Of a stretch of 52,022 nt of DNA, positions 12,323 through 23,900 are shown one piece after another. The stretch covers positions 1-52,022 of the forward strand of contig DF237556.1 in assembly GCA_000708835.1 (NCBI GenBank). The letters are read 5' to 3'. Origin of the DNA: Klebsormidium nitens (Eukaryota > Plantae > Klebsormidiophyceae). The notes beneath the pieces are model-generated. The model ran no database searches. It had not been told where the DNA came from and saw only the letters and a list, made by a program, of their open reading frames with translations. The translations under genes and the position numbers were made by a program. Each line of letters opens with the position of its first letter. Positions within the stretch are counted from its first letter, which is position 1.

Positions 12323-12927
12323 CAGGGGTGCTGCGCGGGGCGCCAAATGCTGGCGCCCCCGGGCGGAAGCCCGAGGCGCCAGAGTAGCCATAGCGTCCTG
12401 GGCCGCAGGGCCCAGGCCCGGCCTAGTGGTGGCCTAGTTTCGGAATCAGGTCCAGGGCCCAGGCCGCCTCAACCGAGAACTCTCAAGTGATTAACTACCA
12501 AATTACAGAGGATTGCAAGGCTCCACGGCACATATCACGACACAAAGGAAGCGCTAGCCCTGCATATGTTCCAGGAGCTAGAAAATGCACTCATTTCTGA
12601 TTGATTGTACTAATCCATTTTTTGGAAGACAGCCTTCGAGCCTGGGTATCTTCATTGCAAAATATCATATCTGCAAGGATATGCTTCCTAAGAAGCCAGA
12701 TGTCTTGAGCAGCTGCCCAACTTACGTCCAGTAATATGGACAAATTTGGCTCGGTTGTACACAACCACCGCCGCAAAATCCGGGGACATATCGTGCCGGG
12801 CTCTGGCGCCTGGGCCCGGCTGGCTTGGAGGCTTGGGCGCCCCAGGGAACCTGGTTGGCGCTCCGAGGCGAAGCCCAGGGCCAGGGGCGCCACAGCACCT
12901 CCGGGCAAAATCCTGTCGGCACCCCTG
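12323..12927. mobile_element. Non-autonomous hAT element (605 bp)
   Basis: TIRs CAGGGGTGC...GCACCCCTG; 8-bp TSD CTATGCAG / CTTTGCAG; GC-rich subterminal GGGCCC/GGCGCC motifs and a more AT-rich interior. Confidence 0.8.
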
Positions 12928-13723
12928 CTTTGCAGGATTGCAGATCGTGCGACCACTGACGAGCCGACTACCCGGAGCAAAGAATAGTAAATAGAAGGGA
13001 GTGTAAACCGGGGAATTTGTGACCATCGCAACAAAGCTCTGAATCGTAAATTAAAATACCGAGGGTATTCACATTTTCTGACACTCAAAACGGGCACCAA
13101 ATGGCAGGTCGACGCTCGAGATGCGGAGTGCCCGTCAGAAGCTTACAACTGGCAGCACCACAACCGCCTTCGTATCTGGTCAGTGGTCAACCAATCCTAG
13201 CCTTGCAGTAGGTATCTTGGTACAGTATCCTACCGATTCTACGGGGTACGGTATTGTATTACCGGTACTTTATCTACCGTGACACCTTCAAGACTCAAGT
13301 TGAGGCTACGGTAGCTAGGATACGGTACTGTCAGTGTTTTTAGCACATGATGCATGGTGTACCTACCGGTATACTCATACTGCGCAGTGCGGTGTAACAA
13401 GCAAGATGGCCCTAGCTGAGGACCCTTGGGCCTTGACATCAGGGTTGAAGTTTGAACCATTGAAGCACCACGCCGGGCTCACAGGCAGCAAGTTTTTTGG
13501 CGTTTGTGGTTCCGTCACACGTGTGTCGCCCAAGCGTTTGTCACACCACCTCTAGGCTCTCGAAATATCTATTCCAACATCAGACGCAGAGTCGCAGGCC
13601 TCAAAACCACATTGGCGCAAAAAGCATCCGCATCCGCATTAATGTGAGCACTCCCTCATCAAGCGCAGCATCACCTCGTCCTGCCACTCAGGCTGCATTG
13701 CATTCCCCTTTTGCTGAGGAATA

Positions 13724-16700
13724 ATGGCGCACCTCGCGGGTCCCGGCATTCGCATTCTCGCCATTGCGCTGCTGACGGTGTTGTGCGCGTCCAATGCTGC
13801 TGCCCAGGGCATTCTTGCCCCCTGCAACCTCACGACGGTGAACTACTCAGCATACACCCCGTAAGTTTTCTTCATCATGTTTCCCCTTCTGTCATGTGGC
13901 GCCATCTTGTGGGGCTCAAGAACATCTTTACAAGAGTTTAGAGTCCCCTTTTCTTGGTGGGAGTCACCTGGTTTTCAATGCGCCAGCGCCAAAAATAAAC
14001 ATCAGCGATTTCTTTAGAGCTAAGTTTGGCGGAAGCGCGTGTGCCGCATTGTTGCGGTCAAATATTGGCATAAAGGTTTGGAAATGCTGACCCTAAGTCT
14101 TGAGTCTCCTAAGCATCTGTATTGGAAGGGCAGAATTCATGTGGGGTCAGCCACGCAACTGATCCAAAAGGGAATGCATTGCACAGGTCACATTGAAATT
14201 CCAGGCAACTGCAAAGGTTGCAGTAAGGAGAAGCTGTCTCCTCTACTGTGGTACATTATGGCTCAAGTTGAAGGCTTTCTTTGGGCCTAGATTTTCTTGC
14301 CATTAAAGATTCGATATCTTGAGCTAAACCAGGGAGTGTGAGAATAGACGTTATCAACTTGAGCTTGTCGGATGCGCATGGCAACCATGCCGCAACGCTG
14401 GCGAAAGTTCCCATTGACCCATAGTATGTGTTTGGAAATGATAAAGCTACAAGTGACACTTCTGAATATGTGTAGTGTAGTGTCATGGCCAGCTGGCAAG
14501 TGAGGTCAGCCACTCCTTTGACTTAGAAAGGCATTGCATTGCACTGGTCAAACTTGAATGTGACCAGTGCAACCTTTGCAGTTGCCTTCAATCTCAAGGC
14601 AACTGCAAAGGTTTACATAGGAAAAGGTGTCTCCTTTGATCCTTTTCTGTGTTGCATTTTGCTCCGAGTTGTCTTTCTTTCATTCCTAGGTCACGGTTGG
14701 CCATTATCAAGCTAACCCAGAGATAACCATAATTGACATGAGCTTGCCCTGAGGAATTTGTTGACTGCATATGCTGCGATTCTTTCCTGTTTTAGTTTCA
14801 TCTGAGAGCTTCTTCCGTGGGCGCTGTAACACAAACAGAACTGAGCTCCTTACAGAATATGGTTCTGTGACCACTTGAAGGAATACAGGTGTACTGCTTC
14901 ACATCCAAGCCTCTGTCTTGAAAGCCTTGTTCTGGCCAAGAAGTGACTATAGCAGCTCTCAAAGTTGTCACTTTTCTCAGATCTGCAGATCTAGCTTCCA
15001 AGGCCCAAGCGCATTGCATGCACAGCTGATGTCAAGATTGTATGGTTTGGTTGCCCTTCTGCTCTTCTTGACGGGTGTGTTTGAGAAGGCAATGCCACTT
15101 CAAACTGCATCATCCAAAGCCCCAAGTTTTCCGTTCTGAAGACCTTCTACTTGTTTGCTGAGGTGGGTTCTCAGAAAGGCTTTCAAGGAGGGCCACAGAC
15201 TCCCGGAAGTCAGTCATCAAGGGGACGCTACCTATAGCGTCTAGATAAGATCAAATTCTGTGACGAGCGGCGCAAAATAAGTTTGACTTTCCAATCCCCT
15301 CAGTTATCTTCCAACGTCTTTGAGTGGGACCTAAACCAGAGACCTTTCCAAGACCCATACCTAAGATGGTTGACAGTCGATGTGGTGGACTTTCTGCCAA
15401 GCTGGTAATCATAGTCAAGGAAGATAATGAGAAGCAGATTCGAAGTCAAGGGAAGCGGGACTGGGACAGGTAGAGTTGCTTTGGGGGTTAAGGATGGGAA
15501 GGGGTATAGAGCACGGGTTGCATTGTTTGTGTCAGTCGACACTAACCATCATCTTGGCTTATATCATTACGTTAATAAAGCTGGCGACCCTTACAATGGT
15601 CAAGTTGATTGCAAGAGGAAGGGGAGGCATCACCCTCTCAAATCTGCAGGAATCAGCAGGAAGACTATCCCATTGTGTTCTAAAGTGGCAGCTCATGTGC
15701 CTCCGCGAATTACTGAGTCATGCTTCGTCAAAGCCCGTCAACTGCAGCAATCTCAGTCCACTCACACAAGCTCAACATGCACATGGGCTCTATTCGAGCT
15801 CAACCAGTGAACCACTTTCCGGCGGTCAAAATTTGTTGTGGGTGGCTGGTTCTGAAATCCAAGCTGTTCTTTCAGGTGCTACACCTTCAACAGTTCAACG
15901 CCCTTCTGCTGCCCCACCCCAAGCACCAGTTGCTGCGGTTTCGCCGTCATGCAGCCCACCTGTTGCTCGACCACAAACGGGTCGGTTGTCTTCACCCAAA
16001 CCCCTTCCCCGACCACGGCTGCCCCGACCACCCCCGCCCCGACCACACGCCGGCCACCGGTTACGCCCGCCTCCGACCACACGCACGCCACCAGTTACCG
16101 CCCGCTCCGACCACACGCCGGCACCGGTACGCCCGCNNNNNNNNNNNNNNNNNNNNCCCGGTCACCCCGCCCGACCACGCGGCACCGGTCACGCCCGCAC
16201 CGACCACGGCGGCACCGGTTACGCCCGCGCCGACTACCCCTGCCCCGACCACCCCCGCCCCGACCGTGCCCGCCGGCCCGCTTCTCTCCCCCTGCAACCT
16301 GAGCACCGTAGACTATGCAGTGTATACTCCGTAAGTGCTCTGCAGTCATTCTGGCCTCGTTGTGGTTTGAGAAGGCTTTTCTGCGCCAGTCAAAGATCGA
16401 GGCCATTCTCTGGCAGGAACTTACTTACGGTGAGGGTGAGACGGTGCACGTTTTACTTTGGGAACTATCTGCAGAAGTCGAGTTGCTTCGAGAGAGAGTG
16501 GGAGGCGTCATCAGCGACTGGTTTTCAAGTTCCTTCCCTCATTCGCAAGTAGCAACCATGAATCCCGCCGTTAAGTTCTACGCCAGCTTAACCTTAACTT
16601 GGTTGGACGGCCATCAAGCTTCAATTCTCTTCTCCACAAAACCCAGCCGAAGGCTGATTCCACCCTCATCAAGCAACCCCTCACGTCAAGAGGCATCGTG

Positions 16701-18573
16701 CATAGCTGGCGATATGTCAACAAACGCTGACATTCCGGCATTCTCCCAGGTGCTACACTAACAGCGGACCAACCCCCTTCTGCTGCCCCACCCCGAGCAC
16801 CGGTTGCTGCAGCACCCCCGTCGGGCAGCCCACCTGTTGCTCGACCACAAACGGGTCGGTCGTCCTGACCCAAACCCCTTCCCCGACCACGGCTGCACCG
16901 GCCACACCTGCCCCGACCACGGCTGCCCCGGTTACGCCCGCGCCGACCACGGCGGCACCGGTCACGCCCTCTCCGACTACGGCTGCACCAGTCACCCCTG
17001 CCCCGACCACGGCTGCCCCGACCACTCCCGTGCCGACTACCCCTGCCCCGACCATGCCCGCCATGATTCTCTCCCCCTGCAACTTGAGCACCGTAAATTA
17101 TGCAGCATATACTCCGTGAGTGCTCCTCCAGGCATTCTGGCTGTACTTGAAGTGTCATCGTGGGTTGAAAACTTCCTTCTCTGCATCGGTCCAAGCTTGA
17201 GGCAACTTTCATGGCAGGAACTTGCTTACGGCTGGTTCGAGATGGTGCACGCTCCGCTAAGAAAAGCTTTTGTTGAAGTCGAGATGCCATCAAAGAGTGG
17301 AAAGCTTCATCAGCGGCTGTTTTCAACGTTGACTAAGCTTCATGCACGCAAAGCACCAATCCCGAACCCCTCAATTAGGTTCTTTGGCAGCTTAACCTTG
17401 CATTGGGCCATGCTTGATCAGACCGCCATCAAGAGCGTAAAACGATCCTAGACACGTGAAAAAAACGTAAGAACTTTGGTCATAGCGCTGCCGTTGATCA
17501 ATGGACTGGGGGCATTCTAACAAAATGGAAACAAATTAAAGAACAGTTTTTCTCCTCCTACAACAGGGGATCACCCTTCTTCGCAAGTCCGAGCCAAAGC
17601 CTCACCACGCCCTGATCGAGCAACGTCTCACGTCGTAGAGATCATGGATGCCCGGCGATATGTCAACAAAAGTTGAAATTCCGGTGTTATTCCAGGTGCT
17701 ACACGACAAGCGGACCCACCCCCTTCTGCTGCCCCACCCCGAGCACCGGCTGCTGCAGCACCCCCGTCGGGGAGCCCACGTGCTGCTCGACCACAAACGG
17801 ATCGGTCGTCCTGACGTCCCAAACCCCCGCCCCGACCACTTTGGCCCCGGTCACCCCCGCCCCGACCACGGCTGCCCCGGTTACGCCCGCCCCGACTACT
17901 CTCGCCCCGACCACCGCCGCCCCGGGACCAGCACCGCAAGCGTGCGACCCGGCTTCGTCCTTGCCCAACCAGGTGAGCAGCTCGTAAAAGCACTCGTGAC
18001 GGTTGGGCCTCGCCAATGATGCACTGAGCGGCGGCGTTCATCTGTCTAGGTACATAAGGTCGCGTTGTGTTTCGAGAACGGCCGATTCGTTCACACTGAC
18101 TCTATTCATGGAAGCCTTTCGGTTCTGTGAGAGCCGAGTTCAGGGGTGCCAGAAGGGAGAAAGTAAAGGTGCCGAATCCAGTCGACTTGAACGCTGCAAG
18201 TACGAAAATGGAGTGTCACCTTCTGTACTCGCGTGTATCGAGTCGCACTCGACTGCTCTTGGCGGCAGTCGGTTACTCCTTAGATGGGCAGGATCCCTGC
18301 TCTTCTCATCTTCGCCTCTGCCCAACCAATCTGAGAACTGTCATACATTACTCTTGTACGCTGAGGCCTTTGATGGTTGACCAATATTCTCTTTACAAAA
18401 GCTCAATGGTGGGCATTCAAGCCCTAACTTCTTCTGGCCGCAATCTGAGCAATGAATCGAGCGATATAAACGCCTTTGCCCGCCGTGCGCAGTGCTTCAA
18501 CGCCGCCGGGAACGCCTTCATTTGCTGCGCCGGCAGCTGCCCTTCGCAGCCTGGAACGGCGCCCGCCTGTTAG
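13724..18573 (+). CDS. Secreted chimeric Cys-rich / arabinogalactan- or mucin-like (PAPTT repeat) protein
   Basis: Exons 13724-13860 (signal peptide MAHLAGPGIRILAIALLTVLCASNAAAQG), 15876-16330 (contains the N gap and local indels), 16750-17115, 17696-17972 and 18493-18573 (TAG). All GT-AG with consistent phases. Three C-x12-C-x9-CC-x6-CC-x8-CC modules are each followed by (T)TAAPVTPAP repeats; a six-Cys module ends the protein. Confidence 0.85.
14539..14613. repeat. Two abutting hairpins in intron 1
   Basis: TTGCACTGGTCA...TGACCAGTGCAA followed by AACCTTTGCAGTTGCCT-9 nt-AGGCAACTGCAAAGGTT. Confidence 0.7.
15340..17972 (+). repeat. Tandem exon+intron units of about 0.9 kb (3 copies)
   Basis: The exons and intron 3' ends are homologous (e.g. 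GGCGATATGTCAACAAA...CCAG|GTGCTACAC before 16750 and before 17696). Confidence 0.8.
16137..16156. other. Assembly gap (20 N) inside the PAPTT repeat exon
   Basis: Run of N; the repeat units just before it are garbled, as expected for low-quality sequence. Confidence 0.95.
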
Positions 18574-20344
18574 GCGGCGGCCCCGCCTGCTTAGGAACGT
18601 CGGTGTGAAGCGTCTTCTCTTGGAACAGACACAGATCAAAGTGTCTGAAAGTAGCGTGAGTTTGTCGAGTTTTGAGTAATTACTACAGGACCCACTTTCT
18701 AATTCAGTGGTGTTGAGTCCGGACCAATAAATTATGCATGGAGATACTGACCGTCATGCGCGAGTGACAGACCTTCTCCTTCGTTGAGGCCGTTGATTTC
18801 GGGGACAGTGGGTTGAGTTCAACAAAGCACACGGGAGAAGCCCAAGGATTTTGGTGTCAGTGCATATGCATTGGAGGCGTTCTGAGGGGAGGGAGTCGAG
18901 AAAACATTTATTCGATTCAAAAGTCGAAGCTGACTCAGCAGAGCGAGTACGACCCCGTGACTAAGGAGCACGTCGTGTTGAGCCTTTTGAAAAAACGTTC
19001 ACCATTGCTTTTTATAATTAGCGGATTGGAGCAAACGTCGTAAATCAGGGGAGCAGCCCACGGGACTCCAAGCTGATTGATGACGGCATGCGTGCCGTAG
19101 TTTCAAGTAATCTATTCGTGGGTGTGTGTTGTCTAAGCCTTTTTCGTCAGCGTACGTATAACCCACCTTCAAATGATTCTTGTCCATTCTCGGGTCGACC
19201 ACCATCATTGCATCAGCTCAGCCTGATACTCGTACTACGCATGGAATCGCATGGTCACGTTGTTGACTCCGTGACAAGATGACATTCAACATCGATCACA
19301 ATCAAGGACCGATCACTTCCGACCAATAAGACGTTTCAGAACGTACTCGAGTACCTACTGAAGTCGCCCTTTTGGACGTACGATTTTCTGCATGCATTCC
19401 GCTGCCAGTATCGTTGACAGGCTCTATGTTAAGTACATTCATAACCGTCCGTCGCACACTTCGGAAAGAATTTTACATATTTCTAGTCTCTACATCCGCT
19501 TCTACGTACTGTCAGTTGTCGGACGCTGCAACTGACCACTTCGTTGCCAATGGGGACAATCATAAATTGGACGTACGCAATGATATCATGAATCCACAAG
19601 CCTCAGGCTGCATGGCGCGGCATGTCGCATCTCTAGGTTAGCTTAGTATATAGCTCTGTCGCCGAACGGGCGAGCTGCACCGCGCAAGACGACCTACTTG
19701 GGTTCGGATTCAATTGAATCTCGGAACTTCGGCGAGCTGCCAAACTTGAAATCTAAAGGCTTGAAATTCTGGGCCCGGCCCAAGGTGCTGCCACGGTAGC
19801 GCGGGGGCGGCCTACATGTCTCTAGCCGCGCCACTCGTGTGGTAAGCATGTTAAATCAGTCCGACATTGATTGTGGGGACTCTCAGTTGGACCGTCAGCT
19901 AGCTAGCGCTATCCTAGGCTTTCAGCTAGATTTCAAGTAGCGCGGCTGCTTCAGGCATCATGCAAGCGCGAAACAGCCAGATACCTCAGTGACTGCTTCT
20001 GACTCGGACTCGACGGTTGGTGACCGGATATACTTGCCATGGCAGGCGGCACGGTCCTCTCAAAGCCCCAAGATCCAGGCCGATCGTCCCGCGGCTTGGT
20101 AGCTTAAGTCCGTCGTTGTCGAGAAGTTGTTGTAAGAACACGTCCTTGCGAATTAATCGCATGCACTATATTTAACGGTGCTCTGTATATACCCGCACTC
20201 CGGCGGCCCCATGCCACTGATTCGCACGGGCTATAAGAAAAGTATTCCATCGAATACGTCGAATGCGCATGCACGCACATAACCGATCAAATCTATTCAT
20301 TTTATTGAGCTTGTTAAGACAAAACACAACAACGGTATTCCATG

Positions 20345-20376
20345 AGAACTTTGGAACTTTGGAACTTTGGAACTTC
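20345..20376 (+). repeat. Short tandem repeat (GGAACTTT)n, about 3.5 units
   Basis: gagaactttggaactttggaactttggaactt. Confidence 0.7.
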
Positions 20377-20956
20377 TATATGGCCGCATTGGTTACGGCG
20401 TAACGAACAGAACCGGCCTTGAAAGATCTCAGAAGGTCACGTTTGCATGAAATCGTCCAATTTGTTGTGATCATTGCCCGGCGCGGCTGGCTCCCGGAGT
20501 CCCTGTACTAAGTTCAAGTTGCCATGCATCGGACCAATTCGATCCATAAGAAATCTAATCTGGCCTAGTGGGCCTCTCGTTCCCCGGTCCCACGTGGTAC
20601 CACGGCAATGAGATCACAAGCTGAGCTCGACTTGATCGAACCGTGAATATACCACGGTTCTGTCGGTCATGGGTTCTTATCGCCCATACAGGACCGTCTT
20701 GTGTCAAAGCTGGTCATATTGTCCTGCTTCAATCGCGATCGAGAGAGAAACGGTTTATATCAACTTTGTAGGAATGAACTAGGATACGTTTCGCTTTTTT
20801 TTGCAGAAGGCATGCAGAAGTGGAACAGAACATCTGGACATGTTAAATGCTGCCACTCTTTAAAGGCACGCTAGCTTCCATGCGTGCATCTGTCCGGATC
20901 CAAAGACAGCTGAATTACAGGATGCCACCTATTCATAATGAGTCGCTGTAGAAGCC

Positions 20957-23900
20957 CTACTTCTTAATCTTCTTCACAAGCACCTTGTCTTTGTTCACCA
21001 GGTCCTTGTACATCTGCTCAATCTGCTGCTTGAAGAAGGCACGGGCCTGGGGACGCTTAACCTGTACGCAAGTTCAATCTCATAATGAGGTCAATTTTGC
21101 GCAATAAGATGGTTGGAATGATAGAGGCACGTTTTCCCGACCAAGAGAAGGATGTCGAAAGGGGAGGTGCACGGCGGTCTGGCGTCAGAACCACATCAAA
21201 TAAAAAACAGACTCGAAAGAGAAGCGTCCTTTCCGAAGTATTGAGTGGAAGTCCTCGGGCGTAGAATCTTTCCGGAGCACACGCATAAATAGATAACGCG
21301 CGCTCAGGAGCTTAATTTCAATCGAGCACAATTCCGCAGCCAAGTTCGAAGTCTCTATCTGAGGGCACGATGTCCGACGCGGAAAGATGGAAGAAGAAGG
21401 AAAAGCCTTTGGGGCACGAAAAATGCAGGCGGTGCAAGACTGACGATCGAACGTGACAATTTGACTAACGTGAGCATTTCTGCCCGAAAAGCGCGTTCGC
21501 ATGGGCGGAGCTAACAGACTTTACAGCTGGCAAAGGTCTATGAGAAGTATCCGGCAATCCTCGAGAGGGTACAACGAACACTAAACTCCAACCTTTGCAA
21601 TCTACCCTGTGGCAAATCACCCGTTAAAAAGAAAAAAGAAAAGAGCAAACCTTGAACATGGGGGTGAGGAGGCCGTTCTCAATGAGAAGGGCTCCTGGGT
21701 CAGGAAGACCTGTAACTGAACCTCCGCCATGCCTGAGTTTAGCGAAACCGGCTCTCTACTTTTTAGCAAGAGAAAGAGCGCACCTTGAAAGTGGGAGTGG
21801 GGAGGCCTTTCTCAATGAGGAAAGGCTCGTGAGTGCAGAAGACCTGTGACTCAACCTCCAATTGGACTAACTCGGCCCCGCACTTTATAGAGAAGGAAAA
21901 GAGCGCACCTTGAACGTGGGCGTGAGGAGGCCGTTTTCGATGGAGAAGGGCTCGTGCGTGAGGAAGACCGCCTTGGCTTGCTCGAACCCGCGCAGCTTGG
22001 CCTCTCTAGCGACCTGGTCCATGGAAGCCAGCACAGCGGCAGCTGCTACGGGGTCGTTGCACAGCGCCTCGTAGTTGCTCGCGTGCTGCCACAAAACAAG
22101 TGACGTCAGCAAAACGTTTCTTACCCCGGACAGGATACTGCTCCGGCTCAAGAATCAGTGTGTCAATCTAACGACGCCTTACAGCGGCCGGCCGCCACTG
22201 AATTCTTGCACAGCGCTTCGTAGTTGCCCGGGGGCTGCCCCGAAACGAGTGACGTCGGTATCAGTGACGTCAGCAGAAAAATGCTACAAAGCAAAATAAG
22301 TTCCAGCACAAGGATGGTCTGTCATTTCGATGTGACGAGCACAGCAACAGACGCCGCCAGGTCCTTGCACAGCGCCTCGTAGTTGCTTGCGCGCCGCCAC
22401 GGGAATGCATTTCAGGTACCAATTTGCAATTTGGTTCGAGTTCCTGAGCAGACTGTCAACTATAGAAACTTCACCGATGCAGCTTCTGTCCAGAGCTGCA
22501 TCCAAGACAATGATCACATGTGACTCTGACGGAAGCGAAAACGGATGTGGGTGCGACAACTCCGCAAAGACGGAGTCCATGACGTGGACAACACAAATCG
22601 CTGACGCCTCGGATGCATGCAGGGAGCTGGAGGATCGGTCCGGCAGGGCCCGTGACCGAACGCAAATGAATGCTGGTAACCATTGTTCAGTCCTTATATA
22701 TCGAGACAAGACACGCGGAGTGGTCACTCAGACTTGCCTCACGATGCAAACCCGGGAGATGCAAGCAAGTTATGCTCATTAACGTTGACTGTCACCAAAA
22801 ATGCTAGATCACATGCTTCACGGAACAGAAGTGGCTCGACTTCTGGCGATGTCCTCCTTAGACACCGCTCCCAATCCTGTCCAAGGTGCGTCGGGCGCAG
22901 TTGGCAATGGAATGATCCTCAAAAATAGACCGGTGCACATATTGCTCAAACTGCGTAAGCGTTTAGAGTGGCTTTGCGAACCGGACTGCCCCCTTAGCTC
23001 ACCGGGATGCCTCGTGCCTTGGCCCACTCCGGGAGTGTTTCCGGATCTGGCACCACCACGGCCACCAGCTCAGCGTTCAGGCTATCACCTGCGACAGTGT
23101 CAATGAGAATCTTTTAGTCCTTGTCATTTATGCATCTACGCACGTAACCTCGGAGAAGCTGTTTCTGTTCGTGTTTGCTGTTCAGGCTATCGCCTGGGTG
23201 GTGAGAAAGGGCAAGACCTTTCCAATTATGTACACAGACGCAGCTGAAGAAGGTCAGAAAGCGACTGAAACAGCGAGCGGTCTGCTTGTCTGTCGCCGGG
23301 AAGGACACAGTTGTGCAGATTCACAAGTGCGAACTTCAGGACCGGCTTTTGGGCCTGCCAACGCTTCTAACCGGAACGGTGCGAATATGTAGAAGAGGCA
23401 AGGGGATTGCCAGCCGCAGCGCAGGTCAGAGATGCCCAGTCGGGCGCATCTACACAAGACGCAATGCAAAGTGTACGCTCTTCGACGTGTGCCGTATCCA
23501 AATTCCTGCAACTAGGGCTCGGTTATTTTCAGAGGATTTAGCCCGGGACGCTGCTGGCGAAACCCATCCGCCGGTTAGTCACGCCCTCTTCCACCTGTTT
23601 CGGCACACGTCACAAATCTCGGAAAGGCTACCTTCAAGCTTGCTCGCGCTTGTCTTCGCCTGACAAGCTTCCGTCTTTTGTGTATGTAAGAGTTCGGTTC
23701 GTTACAACCGAGCGGCTTCGACCCCGCACGAACCACGTACCAGCATAAAAGTAGATAGGAAGACGAGACCGTTTCCGCGTGGACTTTATAATTTTAGATT
23801 CTTCGACCGCCGTCCGTTGCTGTCCTGCTCAAAATGATGCCAGGCGCTCTGCAGGGCACTCTGCGGAGCAGCCCAAGTCATGCTGAGAAGAAAAAGTAGA

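Noticed and set aside
16040-16136. Apparent frameshifts in exon 2 of the AGP-like gene
   Set aside because: Adjacent to the N gap in a repeat; most likely sequencing error rather than recoding or pseudogenisation.
15476-17326. Long ORF-track entries (358, 204, 215, 251 aa)
   Set aside because: Off-frame or antisense shadows of the GC-rich PAPTT repeat exons.
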